This document shows, piece after piece, positions 8,360 through 18,505 of a stretch of DNA of 32,000 nucleotides. A program made the translations under genes and the position numbers. Source of the DNA: Trichodesmium erythraeum IMS101. GTDB lineage: Bacteria; Cyanobacteriota; Cyanobacteriia; Cyanobacteriales; Microcoleaceae. How positions within the stretch are numbered: the first letter of the stretch is position 1; the number at the start of each line of letters is the position of its first letter. The stretch covers positions 180,001-212,000 of the forward strand of contig NC_008312.1 of the NCBI RefSeq assembly GCF_000014265.1. Reading direction: 5' to 3'. Under the pieces are notes generated by a model. That model did not search any database and was not told the origin of the DNA. It was given only the letters and a program-made list of their open reading frames with translations.

Positions 8360-8943
8360 TTAAAGTTGAAAATTATGGTGTTTCTCAGAAGCTAACCCAG
8401 CTTGTAGATTTTTGAGAACTTCTGCCATATCTCTAGCTAAAAGCGCTGAAACTGCTAGCCATAATCAAAGAAATATAAGGCTTTGAATTATGTTATTATC
8501 CAAAGATAAGCTCATTTTTTATCCCGTAAGTTAATATTTGCTGTACTAGCTGCTCTTTCGGCCACAAGTTCGGGTGGCCCTTCAATATATCCATCATTAC
8601 TCAAGCAGGACTGCCCTCCACACTGACTATCTATGAGTAAGACTGCATCTGCTTGGGGTTCATTGTCAAGGTCGAGTGGCACCGTAGGATTATCTTCCAA
8701 TCTTACACTAGAAGTCACTACTTTATAATTACCCAACCAAATTATTAAATTAGCATGAGTTTCGGCATGAGGTTCAAATCTTAATGGTGAGGCCATATAA
8801 ACTTTTCCTTCAATAAGTTGGGCTTTTTTAGCTGTGGCATTACATTGTAACGTCGCTCAAATTCTAAGGAGGTAAGGCTATCTCCATTTGCTAGGGGGGG
8901 GAATAGAAATTATCTTTTTTTCTCTAGGTAAAATTGTTGTCAT
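8360..8943 (-). pseudogene. Uma2-family (DUF820, PD-(D/E)xK) endonuclease pseudogene
   Basis: Family-like segments lie in different frames: MTTILPREKK.. (ATG at 8943), then ..LTSLEFERRYNVMPQLKK, then AQLIEGKVYMASPLRFEPHAETHANLI...LDNEPQADAVLLIDSQCGGQSCLSNDGYIEGPPELVAERAASTANINLRDKK (ORF 8512..8796). The C-terminal piece LWLAVSALLARDMAEVLKNLQAGLASEKHHNFQL ends at 8360. Frame changes coincide with a G8 run (8894..8901) and an A/T6 run (8824..8829). About 60 codons appear to be missing after RDKK. Confidence 0.7.
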
Positions 8944-9569
8944 TTTTGCCTCTTAGTAATTATTACTAGTATTAGTTTAACTTGGATTTAAGAGTTTTTT
9001 TAATTATGCACAAAAACTCAATAATAATTATTTTTATCAATCATTTTATTAGTATACTTATCATTTATTTTCCTATTATTTAATCTTAGAAACAATTAAT
9101 TTACAATTAATATCTTAGACATTAGACTGATTAGGTGTAAATTATTATCCTCTTAATGCGCATAAAAATTTAAGTATAAATTCTTCTAAAAATTAGGTTA
9201 TATTTTCGGGATATTCTCCTTATTTAACTTAGATTAAAGCAAGATATTTTGATAACTTTAATTTTCTTAATCTCGGAATTATTGGTTAAACCATAGTAAA
9301 AGTTTTCAGATGAGATTCACTTTGCTTATAAAGTTATTTTACGTTTTGCCATTTATCATTTAGGTGCTATTCAACTTTTTTTATATCCTTTAACTTAGTT
9401 TGAATTTTTTGCTCTAGATCTCGTTTAATTTCTGTATTATTAATATCATCATATCTGATATAGTTATATTTTTTTTAAATTCTTTATAAAAAATATAATA
9501 ATATAATAAATTCCTCTGGCGAAAGTTTTTTTGTTTGAATTGATAATGATTAACTAAGAGTTATTTACA

Positions 9570-12500
9570 TCAAATATTAGCCTCAATTATGCCTTCTGCT
9601 TCTAAAGCAATAGCCCTCAATTTATCCAAAGTTTTTTGATTAGCTAACTGCCATAAACCTCGTTGATTTGCCTCTAATAATCTTTCTGCCATATCACGCA
9701 ATGCCCAAGGATTTTTTGCCTGAATAAATGATTGTACATTTTCATCAAAAATATAAGCTTCAGCTACTCCTTGATACATAAAATCTTCTACACATTTTGC
9801 CGTCGCATCATAAGCAAATAAATAATCTATTGTAGCTGCCATTTCAAAAGCTCCTTTATAACCATGACGCATAACTCCAGCTATCCATTTAGGATTAACA
9901 ACTCGCGAACGATAAACCCTAGCAATTTCTTCTTTTAATTGCCTAACTTTAGGATTTTCTGGCAGAGAATTATCTCCAAAATAAGTATGAGGATTTTTAC
10001 CAGTTAAAGCACGAACTGCAACAGTCATTCCCCCTTGGAATTGATAATAATCATCCGAGTCTAATAAATCATGTTCCCTATTGTCTTGATTATGCAAAAC
10101 TATCTGCATTTGCTGGAGACGTTGGGAAAATACTTCGGGAGAATTTATAACTCTTTTTTCGGGATTATAACTATTATTAATTCCCGTATAAGCATAGCTG
10201 CTCCAATTAATATAAGCTCTAGCTAAATCTTGGTCATCTTGCCAATTTTGAGATTCAATTAAACCTTGTAAACCAGCACCATAAGCTCCTGGTTTAGAGC
10301 CGAATATTCTATATTGAGAACGTGCTTTTGCCTGAACTTCAGTTAACCCTAAATCTTGCCAATATTTAACTTCTTTTTTGACTTGACTAGCTAAAGGATT
10401 TTCGGTTTCAGGTTCATCTAAATTAGCTACAGCAATAACAGCTTGGTCGAATAAATCGATAATATTAGGAAAAGCATCTCTAAAGAAACCAGAAATTCTT
10501 AAAGTTACATCTACACGGGGTCTTCCTAATATTGAAATTGGCAAAATTTCAAAGTCAATAACTCTGCGAGAAGGTCTATCCCAGACTGGTTTTACTCCTA
10601 ATAAAGAAAGTGCTTCAGCAATATCATCTCCACCAGTTCGCATCGTCGAAGTTCCCCATATTGATAACCCTAAACTTTGAGGATATTCCCCATTTTCTTG
10701 AGTGTATCTTTCAACTAAATTTTCTGCTGCTAATTGCCCTATTCTCCAAGCAGTTTCTGTAGGAATAGCACGAATATCTACAGAGTAGAAATTCCGACCT
10801 GTCGGCAAAACATCTGGTCTACCTCTTGTGGGAGCGCCGGAGGAACCACTAGGGATATATTTACCATCTAATCCTATTAATAAGTTGACTATTTCTTGAT
10901 TAGTTTTTTGCAGAGAAGGTAGGAGTTTTTGGCGAATCCATTCTAATTCTTTATTTGTCTGTTGTAAGGGAGAATTAATCAGATTTTTTTCAATTAAATT
11001 TCCCACTAAATTAGCTGCTTTTTCTTCCAATAACTCAACAGCATCACCCACAGTACGACAAGATTTTTCATCTATAACTAAGCTCTGATTAATAATTGTA
11101 GCAAAATCGTCAGTGAGAGGGTCAAAGTCTAAATTTAAATCTTCAGCTAAAGCACGAGTTAAACCTAAACGTGTGGTACTAGGATGACGAGCAATGGCTA
11201 TGATTAAATCTCGCAGTTGTTGACCTTGAGGAGATTGACCAAATATATGTAAACCATCACGAATTTGTGCTTCTTTTAATTCACAAAGATAACCATCTAT
11301 ATTAGTCAGTAATTTTGCAAATATAGCATTTTCATCATTTCCAAATTTATCTCCTATTTTTAGAGATAATGAAGATGTCAATAAATCTTCTTTTGAACTA
11401 GATAAGTCGGAAATTACACTTTCTTTTCCTCTAACAAATTTATCCTTATTTTGCTCGAAAGGAGGAATAGAATTATAATTTACGTTTTCTACTTCTGTGG
11501 AAAATTTATCCCTATTTGCCTGAGAATTTGAAAGGAAGTCTGAGTCTTTTTGTAAAAAGGATAAATCTTTATCTAAACCTTCTTTTTCTATGAGATTAAT
11601 TATCCTTTCTCCAATCACAGATAACCGAGATGGGTCTAAATTTTGCGCCTCATAATATTCATCAATTAAAGTTTCTAACTGTTGTAAAGATCCATAAATT
11701 TCAGCACGAGTCATAGGTGGAGTTAGATGGTCAATAATTACAGCTTGAGACCTACGTTTAGCTTGAGAACCTTCTCCAGGGTCATTAACAATAAATGGAT
11801 AAAAATGTGGCAAAGCACCGAGTGCTATTTCTGGAAAACATTCTTGAGATAAACCGACACTTTTACCTGGCAACCATTCTAAATTTCCATGTTTTCCCAC
11901 ATGAATAATTGCATCTATTTTAAATTTTTCTCTTAACCAATAATAAAAAGCTAAATAATTAGGAGTTGGTTCTAAATCTGGAGCATGATAATTTAAACTA
12001 GGGTCAATATCATAACCACGGGAAGGTTGAATACCGACAAAAATATTTCCTAGTTGAAGTCCTGGAATGGGAAAATTATTTATTTCTTTTACTTCCCTAT
12101 CTTTCTGAAATTCTGAAAAACAACTAGATATAGATTTGATAAAAGATAGAGGAATAACTCTAGAATTAATCTGTACATCTGTGCTCAAGTTCGTGTCATT
12201 CTTATTTCCCCATCTATGAATAATTTTTTCTCGTATCACTTCCGGCAAACTAGCAAAATATGTTTCAAATTCTGCCAACGATAAAGACTGGAAAACCGGA
12301 CGTAAATCACGACTTTCCCAATCATTTGTTACTCCAGAAGTCAGACGTTTAATTAACTCATCCCCTGTTGTCGGAATACTTTCCAAATAATAACCAGTTT
12401 CTTGTAAAGCTTGAAGAATTTCTACACAACTGGCAGGAGTATCTAACCCCACTCCATTAGCAAGACGACCATCACGGTTAGGATAATTTGCTAATATTAA

Positions 12501-13661
12501 TGCGATGCGACGTTGAGACGCTGGAGTTTGTCGTAACTTAATCCAATTAGCAGCTAATTCTGACACAAACTCAATCCTATCTTCAAGCGGAAAATAACTA
12601 ATTACATCTGTTTCTAAAGCGGAATTCCAAGTTTGAATTGCTTTAAAAGAAACTGCACGACTAATAATATTTCCATCTACTTCTGGTAGTGCAATATTCA
12701 TTGCCACATCCCGTGGTGAAAGACCTTGAAATTGACTATCCCACTGCTCAAAGTTACCACCACTAAAAATTACTTGTAAAACTGGTATATCTAAATTTTT
12801 TCCCTGCCTTAATAAATGATGATTAGTATATATTTCTCTCTCTAAACCTCGATCATTTACAACAGAGACAGCAAAACTGGTTGTGTTTAACAATAATTGA
12901 ATTGCTTCAGTATTTTTAGGTTGAAAATATTCCAATATTTCTCTTTGTACTTCTACATCTCTAGGAGAAGAAATAAATACCGGAACAGGATCTAAATTTT
13001 TTTCTATTAAAGCTTTACAAAGAGCATCTATAGGAGCAATATTTCCAGATAAATAATGAGCCCGATAAAATAATATTCCGACTTTTGCTTTTGTGCTTTT
13101 TTCTTCTTTTTTCCTAGGATAAATTCCGACTCGTGGTACTGATATAGGTGAGACAAAATCATAATTCTTTTCCAGACAAATATTAGCGACAAGTTTGAGA
13201 CCATTAACAAAATTATCTACCCCACCTTCTATTAAATATTGCCAGAATTGATTAACTAGAGAAATTGAAACATTAGAATGACTAATTAAATCTGGATCTT
13301 GGCGGTCATCTCCAGGAACAACTATTAGTTTTGCCCGTTCTTTTTCTATCACTTCTAGCAATACTTCTAAGCCATAAGACCAATAGGAACGCCCCCCTAA
13401 AAGTCGAACAATAATTACTTTTGCCTTGGATAAAATTTCATCAGCATAAGTATCAATAGTTAACTGTTGTTGTAAGTGAAGTAAATTAGCAACTCGCAGT
13501 TGCGGAAAATCAAAAGGTAATTTATTAACTGCTGCTGCTAATGTTTGAATATCTGTATCTGCAGCAGTTAAAAATATTATTGGTGCGGGAGTTTGTTTGA
13601 TAAAAATTACTCCTTCTGCTTGAGGGTTCCAACCACCAGGGATAGCTGCTATTCGGTGCAT
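9570..13661 (-). CDS. cobN: cobaltochelatase subunit CobN (aerobic cobalamin pathway)
   Basis: 1363-aa ORF. The N-terminus MHRIAAIPGGWNPQAEGVIFIKQTPAPIIFLTAADTDIQTL and conserved CobN/ChlH-family blocks (GKHGNLEWLPGK, IRDGLHIFG, RPRVDVTLRISGFFRD) fit CobN rather than ChlH. Confidence 0.88.
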   Translation of the reverse strand: MHRIAAIPGGWNPQAEGVIFIKQTPAPIIFLTAADTDIQTLAAAVNKLPFDFPQLRVANLLHLQQQLTIDTYADEILSKAKVIIVRLLGGRSYWSYGLEVLLEVIEKERAKLIVVPGDDRQDPDLISHSNVSISLVNQFWQYLIEGGVDNFVNGLKLVANICLEKNYDFVSPISVPRVGIYPRKKEEKSTKAKVGILFYRAHYLSGNIAPIDALCKALIEKNLDPVPVFISSPRDVEVQREILEYFQPKNTEAIQLLLNTTSFAVSVVNDRGLEREIYTNHHLLRQGKNLDIPVLQVIFSGGNFEQWDSQFQGLSPRDVAMNIALPEVDGNIISRAVSFKAIQTWNSALETDVISYFPLEDRIEFVSELAANWIKLRQTPASQRRIALILANYPNRDGRLANGVGLDTPASCVEILQALQETGYYLESIPTTGDELIKRLTSGVTNDWESRDLRPVFQSLSLAEFETYFASLPEVIREKIIHRWGNKNDTNLSTDVQINSRVIPLSFIKSISSCFSEFQKDREVKEINNFPIPGLQLGNIFVGIQPSRGYDIDPSLNYHAPDLEPTPNYLAFYYWLREKFKIDAIIHVGKHGNLEWLPGKSVGLSQECFPEIALGALPHFYPFIVNDPGEGSQAKRRSQAVIIDHLTPPMTRAEIYGSLQQLETLIDEYYEAQNLDPSRLSVIGERIINLIEKEGLDKDLSFLQKDSDFLSNSQANRDKFSTEVENVNYNSIPPFEQNKDKFVRGKESVISDLSSSKEDLLTSSLSLKIGDKFGNDENAIFAKLLTNIDGYLCELKEAQIRDGLHIFGQSPQGQQLRDLIIAIARHPSTTRLGLTRALAEDLNLDFDPLTDDFATIINQSLVIDEKSCRTVGDAVELLEEKAANLVGNLIEKNLINSPLQQTNKELEWIRQKLLPSLQKTNQEIVNLLIGLDGKYIPSGSSGAPTRGRPDVLPTGRNFYSVDIRAIPTETAWRIGQLAAENLVERYTQENGEYPQSLGLSIWGTSTMRTGGDDIAEALSLLGVKPVWDRPSRRVIDFEILPISILGRPRVDVTLRISGFFRDAFPNIIDLFDQAVIAVANLDEPETENPLASQVKKEVKYWQDLGLTEVQAKARSQYRIFGSKPGAYGAGLQGLIESQNWQDDQDLARAYINWSSYAYTGINNSYNPEKRVINSPEVFSQRLQQMQIVLHNQDNREHDLLDSDDYYQFQGGMTVAVRALTGKNPHTYFGDNSLPENPKVRQLKEEIARVYRSRVVNPKWIAGVMRHGYKGAFEMAATIDYLFAYDATAKCVEDFMYQGVAEAYIFDENVQSFIQAKNPWALRDMAERLLEANQRGLWQLANQKTLDKLRAIALEAEGIIEANI

Positions 13662-14504
13662 ATATTTATATTCTTTAAAAGACCTAATAATTCTACCATA
13701 TTCTTTTTTTTCTTATCTATTAATACTTAGGCTCAACTATAAGCTTTTGAACTCCCGGATTTTTTTACTATCCCTGTATCTTAAATATAATAGTAATTAA
13801 ATTAATTTTGAAATTAGAGATAAAAATAATATAAATAAACTTGATAATTTGGAGAATATTATTCATAGTCTTATCAATGTTTGTGGTAGTTTTCAGTGGT
13901 GTGAGTAATTATCTATTGACTAAATCTCAACTATCTCAAATTTAATCAATAATAATGGAAGTTTAGGAAAGTCGTCGTCTAATATCTTTAATAGGTAAAT
14001 TTATAGAAAAAACCTTAGAGTAAAAATTATGGGTCTTAAATAGTAGGAGATAGTAATTATTATTTCCTAGATGTGTGGGATTTATAAATATAAAAATTCT
14101 ATGCTAAAGAAAGTGTAATTCTACTTGCTTCAAAGGGAATAATTTTTGCAAGTTGTGCCAAATATACTAGAAAAAAAGTGTAACTCAAATGAGAATAGGT
14201 ACATCTTATTCTAAAGTTACTTCAGTAAAATCTTTCTGAGGTAAACATAATATAATTTCATCATTTTTTTTATGAAAGTCTAGTTATTTACCTAAGAGAT
14301 AAAAATTTACTAGCTCCAGTATTTTTCCTCACCAAAGTCTGCAAAATTTGTACCTTTTACCTTCTAGTATTTATTCAGTCTAATATTAGCCAAAAAATAC
14401 AAAAGTTAGAGTAGCTATTTCTAATTTATGGAGTGACGCTTTGTCCTAAAATTAAATAGTCTTGGTATTGACTTGAGAGGAAAAAATTTACTTTATTCCT
14501 TCTT

Positions 14505-15692
14505 TTAACCAGATATATATGGTCTATAAGTTTTATGTTTAAACATTTCCTCAAAACTTTTATTTCTGATATTTTCTGACTCCTTTCCCCATTTCCATAA
14601 ACTTTCATAGAAAAAGAATGATACTCCCGCAAAATTTCTTTTCCGCACAACTTCTACCTGTTCTTCAATTGTCTTTATCGGAGTAGAATTATCTTTTAAA
14701 CCAGTCAAAATTCCAATAGCAAAAGGGATATGATTTTTTGCTAATTTTACCTCTGTTTGTTCCAACTCATTCATAAAACGTTTAATATCTGGACGATAAA
14801 CCTGTAAAACAATTTCATCAATCCATTTTTCCCTTTCCCAAGTAAACCAATCTTGCAAATAAGCAGATAAAGCAAAGTGTAAAGGATTTGGAGATACAGA
14901 AATAATATAGTCCGGTTTTATCGCTTTTATTTCTTTAGAAACCCGCTCCATAAAATTATTAATTTTATTTGCTCTCCAACGAACCCAAAAAGTTTCTTTA
15001 TAATCATCAGAAGGCAATAAACCAGGAAATTCTTTTTCATATAATTTTACTGTAAAATCATCATAACCAAATTCAGAAGGTAAGCCAAAATGATCATCAA
15101 ATTGTATTCCATCTATATCATATTTAGTCACAATTTCTATGACTAAATCTAAAATAAATTGTTGCACTTCTGGATGAAAAGGATTAAGCCAAACTCTAGG
15201 ATATTTTCCTTCCATTTTTATAGTAGTTCCATCCCTACGTTTAGTCAGCCAATTAGGATGTAATCTTGCTAATTCTGAATCTGCAGGTGCCATAAAACCA
15301 AATTCAAACCAAGGAATAATTGTTAAACCTTTTTCGTGTCCTTCACTAATAATTTCTTGTAAAACATCTCGTCCTTGTAAACCAGTTTCAGGATCTAATG
15401 ATTTGCCAAATACTTGTTGAGCTACTTGACTAGGATAGAGAGTATAACCACCTTGCCAAATAGTGGGATAAAGTGTGTTGAAGTTGAGATTTGCTAAACG
15501 ATTAATTGCTGTTTTTGTCTCTGAACTAGAAAATAAAACCTCGCTGTCAATGTTGGTTATCCAAACACCACGAATTTCTGTTTTTTGTGCAGATTTACTA
15601 ATTTGATTAGATGCTAATACAAATGTGATTGTGGTGAAAATTGCCATTAGTGTTAAGGTAATGATTCGGTAAATTGATTTGGATTTAGACAT
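14505..15692 (-). CDS. glycoside-hydrolase-like GHL10 (DUF187/YddW-like) family secreted protein
   Basis: 395-aa ORF with an N-terminal signal/TM segment (IITLTLMAIFTTITFVLA). Family-typical blocks are IRGVWITN, NFNTLYPTIWQGGYTLYPS, IPWFEFGF and GIQFDDHFG. Confidence 0.75.
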   Translation of the reverse strand: MSKSKSIYRIITLTLMAIFTTITFVLASNQISKSAQKTEIRGVWITNIDSEVLFSSSETKTAINRLANLNFNTLYPTIWQGGYTLYPSQVAQQVFGKSLDPETGLQGRDVLQEIISEGHEKGLTIIPWFEFGFMAPADSELARLHPNWLTKRRDGTTIKMEGKYPRVWLNPFHPEVQQFILDLVIEIVTKYDIDGIQFDDHFGLPSEFGYDDFTVKLYEKEFPGLLPSDDYKETFWVRWRANKINNFMERVSKEIKAIKPDYIISVSPNPLHFALSAYLQDWFTWEREKWIDEIVLQVYRPDIKRFMNELEQTEVKLAKNHIPFAIGILTGLKDNSTPIKTIEEQVEVVRKRNFAGVSFFFYESLWKWGKESENIRNKSFEEMFKHKTYRPYISG

Positions 15693-15775
15693 GAAATTTT
15701 TAGGGGGATTAAATTTTTTATAGTTGAGCTTTTGCTCAGATTCAGGTATTGATAATTAATCTAAATATCAATAGG
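15672..15775. repeat. direct repeat copy 1 (covers the start codon and 5' flank of the GHL10-like gene)
   Basis: TTGGATTTAGACATGAAATTTTTAGGGGGATTAAATTTTTTATAGTTGAGC...TTGATAATTAATCT aligns with 15851..15945. Confidence 0.65.
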
Positions 15776-15850
15776 ATCATTTATTCAATTTCTGACATAT
15801 TCTCAAAATATTATAATAGAAATAAGTATTAGGAGGATAATTGGAGAAAT

Positions 15851-15945
15851 TAGTTGGTATTTAGGCATAAAATTTTTATAGGGATTAATTTTTTTTAGGT
15901 GAGCGATCGCTTATATTCAGACATTAATAATTAATCTCTGCATAA
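15851..15945. repeat. direct repeat copy 2 (diverged duplicate of the gene's 5' end and promoter region)
   Basis: TTGGTATTTAGGCATAAAATTTTTATAGGGATTAATTTTTTTTAGGTGAGCGATCGC...TTAATAATTAATCT. The ATG equivalent is mutated (CAT to TAT on the plus strand), and this copy carries a HIP1 site that copy 1 lacks. Confidence 0.65.
15903..15910. repeat. HIP1 octamer GCGATCGC
   Basis: Exact match, intergenic. Confidence 0.95.
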
Positions 15946-16223
15946 ATAGTACAAATTAAAGGTTAGTTTTAAGTAAATATTTAGCTATTAGCTCGATCTA
16001 TTTTCCTTAGTAATGCTGCACAAAATATGTATAAAATTAATAAATAAAGAAGTTTGGTTTATCATCTTTTTCCTTTCGTAATTTTAATTATCATTAGTGG
16101 GTAATTTTTCCTTATAGCTGATAGTTAATGGCTGACAAATTAATACTTACAGTATTAATACCATACTTCTTGATAGTAGTTGTCAGTTTTAAGTAAAAGT
16201 TATCAATCTTATTTAATCTCAGA

Positions 16224-16232
16224 TGGTATAAT
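16224..16232 (+). promoter_or_regulatory. candidate extended -10 promoter element (TGGTATAAT) for the DUF262 operon
   Basis: Exact TGnTATAAT lies 30 nt upstream of the ATG at 16262. A G-rich SD-like AGAGGGGG (16246..16253) sits 8 nt before the start codon. Confidence 0.4.
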
Positions 16233-16261
16233 CAAAGTACAAAAAAGAGGGGGTAAAATAT

Positions 16262-17389
16262 ATGGTAAATAAAGAAAATTCAGACAAATATCAAGAGGAA
16301 GAAAATGATGAAGAGGAAGAATATGAAAAGGATGACTTAATTTACGAGCCGGAGGAAATTAATATTATTACTAGAGAACCTACAATTGAACAGTTGGTGA
16401 GAAGAATAGATGAAAAAGTTCTTGATTTAGCTCCAGATTTTCAGCGTCATTCTGATATATGGAAAGATGACGTTAAAAGTAGATTAATTGAATCTATTAT
16501 TATTAGGATTCCTTTACCAGCTTTTTATATTGATGGTACTAATGAAGACAACTGGTTAGTAGTAGATGGATTGCAAAGACTTTCAGCTTTAAAGCAGTTT
16601 ATGATTAAAAGTAATAATAATTTACGGTTAACAGGTTTAGAATATCTTGGGGAAGAACTTAATAATAAAAGCTATGAAGAATTACCTCGTAAATATCAAC
16701 GTCGTATTCAAGAAACTCAAGTTACTGTCTATCTAATTGCGGCAGGTACACCACCTAAAGTTAAGTATAATATTTTTAAACGTATTAATACAGGAGGAGA
16801 ACGTTTAACTCCTCAAGAAATACGCCATGCTCTTAATCCTGGGAAAGTCCTCAAATTATTATTTTACCTTGCTAAATCTCCAGAATTTACTAATATTATT
16901 AAGCTTGGTGAATCACGACTCAAACGTATGGATGATAGAGAATTTGTATTAGGTGCTTTAGCAGTTATGCTTACATCTAATTCTTATGAAAATTATACAA
17001 AAGATGGCAGAGAAGAATTTTTAGATAATGCGATGAAAAAAATTAATGGTTTATCTGATTCGGAAATTAAAACACTTGAAAATAAATTTAGAAATACTAT
17101 GATTATTTGCCAAGAAATATTTGGCAACGAAGCTTTCCGCAAGCCAAAAAAACAAAGAAAAAATCCAGTTAATAAAGCATTATGTGAAACTTGGTCATTT
17201 CATATTAGTCAGCTTAATTCTCAACAGATTCAGAAACTTAAAAATCGGAAGCCAGAATTATTAGATAAATTTGCCAAATATATAGATGATGACAAAGAAT
17301 TTTTGATGTCGATATCTCAAGCTCAAGATAAGATAGAATATCGTTTTAAAACTATTAAAAAAATTATCGAGGAAGTTCTAAATGATTAG
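16262..17389 (+). CDS. DUF262 (ParB-like NTPase/nuclease superfamily) domain protein, first gene of a defence-like operon
   Basis: 375-aa ORF. It has the DUF262 hallmark blocks PDFQRHSDIWKDDVKSRLIESIIIRIPLPAFYI and VVDGLQRLSAL (a DGQQR-type motif) and an acidic N-terminal tail. Its stop overlaps the next ORF's start by 8 nt. Confidence 0.85.
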   Translation: MVNKENSDKYQEEENDEEEEYEKDDLIYEPEEINIITREPTIEQLVRRIDEKVLDLAPDFQRHSDIWKDDVKSRLIESIIIRIPLPAFYIDGTNEDNWLVVDGLQRLSALKQFMIKSNNNLRLTGLEYLGEELNNKSYEELPRKYQRRIQETQVTVYLIAAGTPPKVKYNIFKRINTGGERLTPQEIRHALNPGKVLKLLFYLAKSPEFTNIIKLGESRLKRMDDREFVLGALAVMLTSNSYENYTKDGREEFLDNAMKKINGLSDSEIKTLENKFRNTMIICQEIFGNEAFRKPKKQRKNPVNKALCETWSFHISQLNSQQIQKLKNRKPELLDKFAKYIDDDKEFLMSISQAQDKIEYRFKTIKKIIEEVLND

Positions 17390-18488
17390 TTTATTACGTC
17401 TAAAAAATTTTAAACCTTTTTCTAATCAATCTCTATCATTTAGACCGTTAACTTTACTTTCTGGTCTGAATAGCACTGGTAAATTTTCTACTTTACAAGC
17501 ATTACTATTAATGTGTCAATCTTATCAACAAGGTCTCTTTGAAAATCAAGGTTTATCTCTAAATGGTGAATTAATTCCTATAGGTACTGCTCAAGATGTA
17601 CTATTTGAAGGAGCAAAAGACGATTTTATTAGCTTTGAAATTGTCTGGCAAAATGGCGTTCGAGGAGTTTAGAATTTCTCTTATGACCGAGAAAAAGATG
17701 TTCTAAATCTTAACTCGCCATCTGTTGCTTTTAATATTTATAAATCCAGTCTTTTTAATAAAAAAATTCACTATCTGCAAGCTGAATGTTTAGGTCCTCA
17801 CTTATTTTTATAAATGTCATATTTCCAATTTCAACAACTAGAAAATTTAGCCACTAAAGGAGAATACACAGCCCATTTTTTATCTGTAAATGAAAGTAAA
17901 ACTATACCAAATCGTAGCTTAGGACATTCACAAGCAAAATCCCTAGTTTTAAGAGATCAAGTTGAAGCTTGGATGGGAGAAATTAGCCCTGGTACACACT
18001 TACAAATAAATGTTAAACAAGATATAGATTTAATCAGTCTTCAATATTATTATGGAGATAGTAACCCTTATCGTTCTACTAATGTTGGATTTGGAATTAG
18101 TTACACTTTACCAATTATTGTAGCTATTCTTTCATCCCCACCAGAAACTTTAATTATAATAGAAAATCCTGAGGCACATCTTCATCCGAAAGGTCAAGCA
18201 AAAATGGGAGAATTATTAGCTCTTGCTGCTAGTTGTGGAATGCAAATTGTAGTTGAAACTCACAGCGACCATGTTTTAAATGGAATTAGATTAATAGTTT
18301 ATAGAGAAAAAGTTGACCCTAAAAAAGTTCAATTACACTATTTTGACAGCCAAAAACGAGGAAGAGAATTTATCACTGAAGTTATATCCCCACAGATAGA
18401 TCGAAACGGACGGATCGATAAATGGCCAGAAGGTTTTTTTGATGAGTGGGATAATAGTTTAGAAGCTCTTTTGGAACCCAGGGAATAA
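17382..18488 (+). pseudogene. AAA/ABC-type ATPase with a DUF3696-like C-terminal domain, interrupted by two in-frame stop codons
   Basis: ORFs 17382..17672 and 17814..18488 are in the same frame (432 nt apart). The 46 codons between them are stop-free and family-like (IHYLQAECLGP). The stops are TAG at 17670..17672 and TAA at 17811..17813. Walker A reads GLNSTGKFS, with Phe where Ser/Thr is expected. Walker B and downstream read IIIENPEAHLHP...VETHSDHVLNG. Confidence 0.8.
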
Positions 18489-18505
18489 TAAATATAGATT
18501 TAGAA

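Noticed and set aside
13028-13210. 60-aa minus-strand ORF inside cobN
   Set aside because: It is an alternative frame of cobN with no independent support.
13662-14100. Possible cobalamin riboswitch upstream of cobN
   Set aside because: I looked for B12-box-like elements on the minus strand. I found only a weak CACCACTG (reverse complement of 13895..13902) in very AT-rich sequence, without the other conserved GC-rich helices. A covariance-model scan (Rfam Cobalamin) would be decisive.
14426-14650. 74-aa minus-strand ORF
   Set aside because: It overlaps the 3' end of the GHL10-like gene out of frame and has no recognisable features.
17670-17813. Programmed read-through or recoding (for example pyrrolysine at TAG) in the ATPase gene
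   Set aside because: The two stops are different codons (TAG and TAA), and no recoding machinery or signals are evident. The Walker A Ser/Thr is also mutated, so simple pseudogenisation is the more economical explanation.
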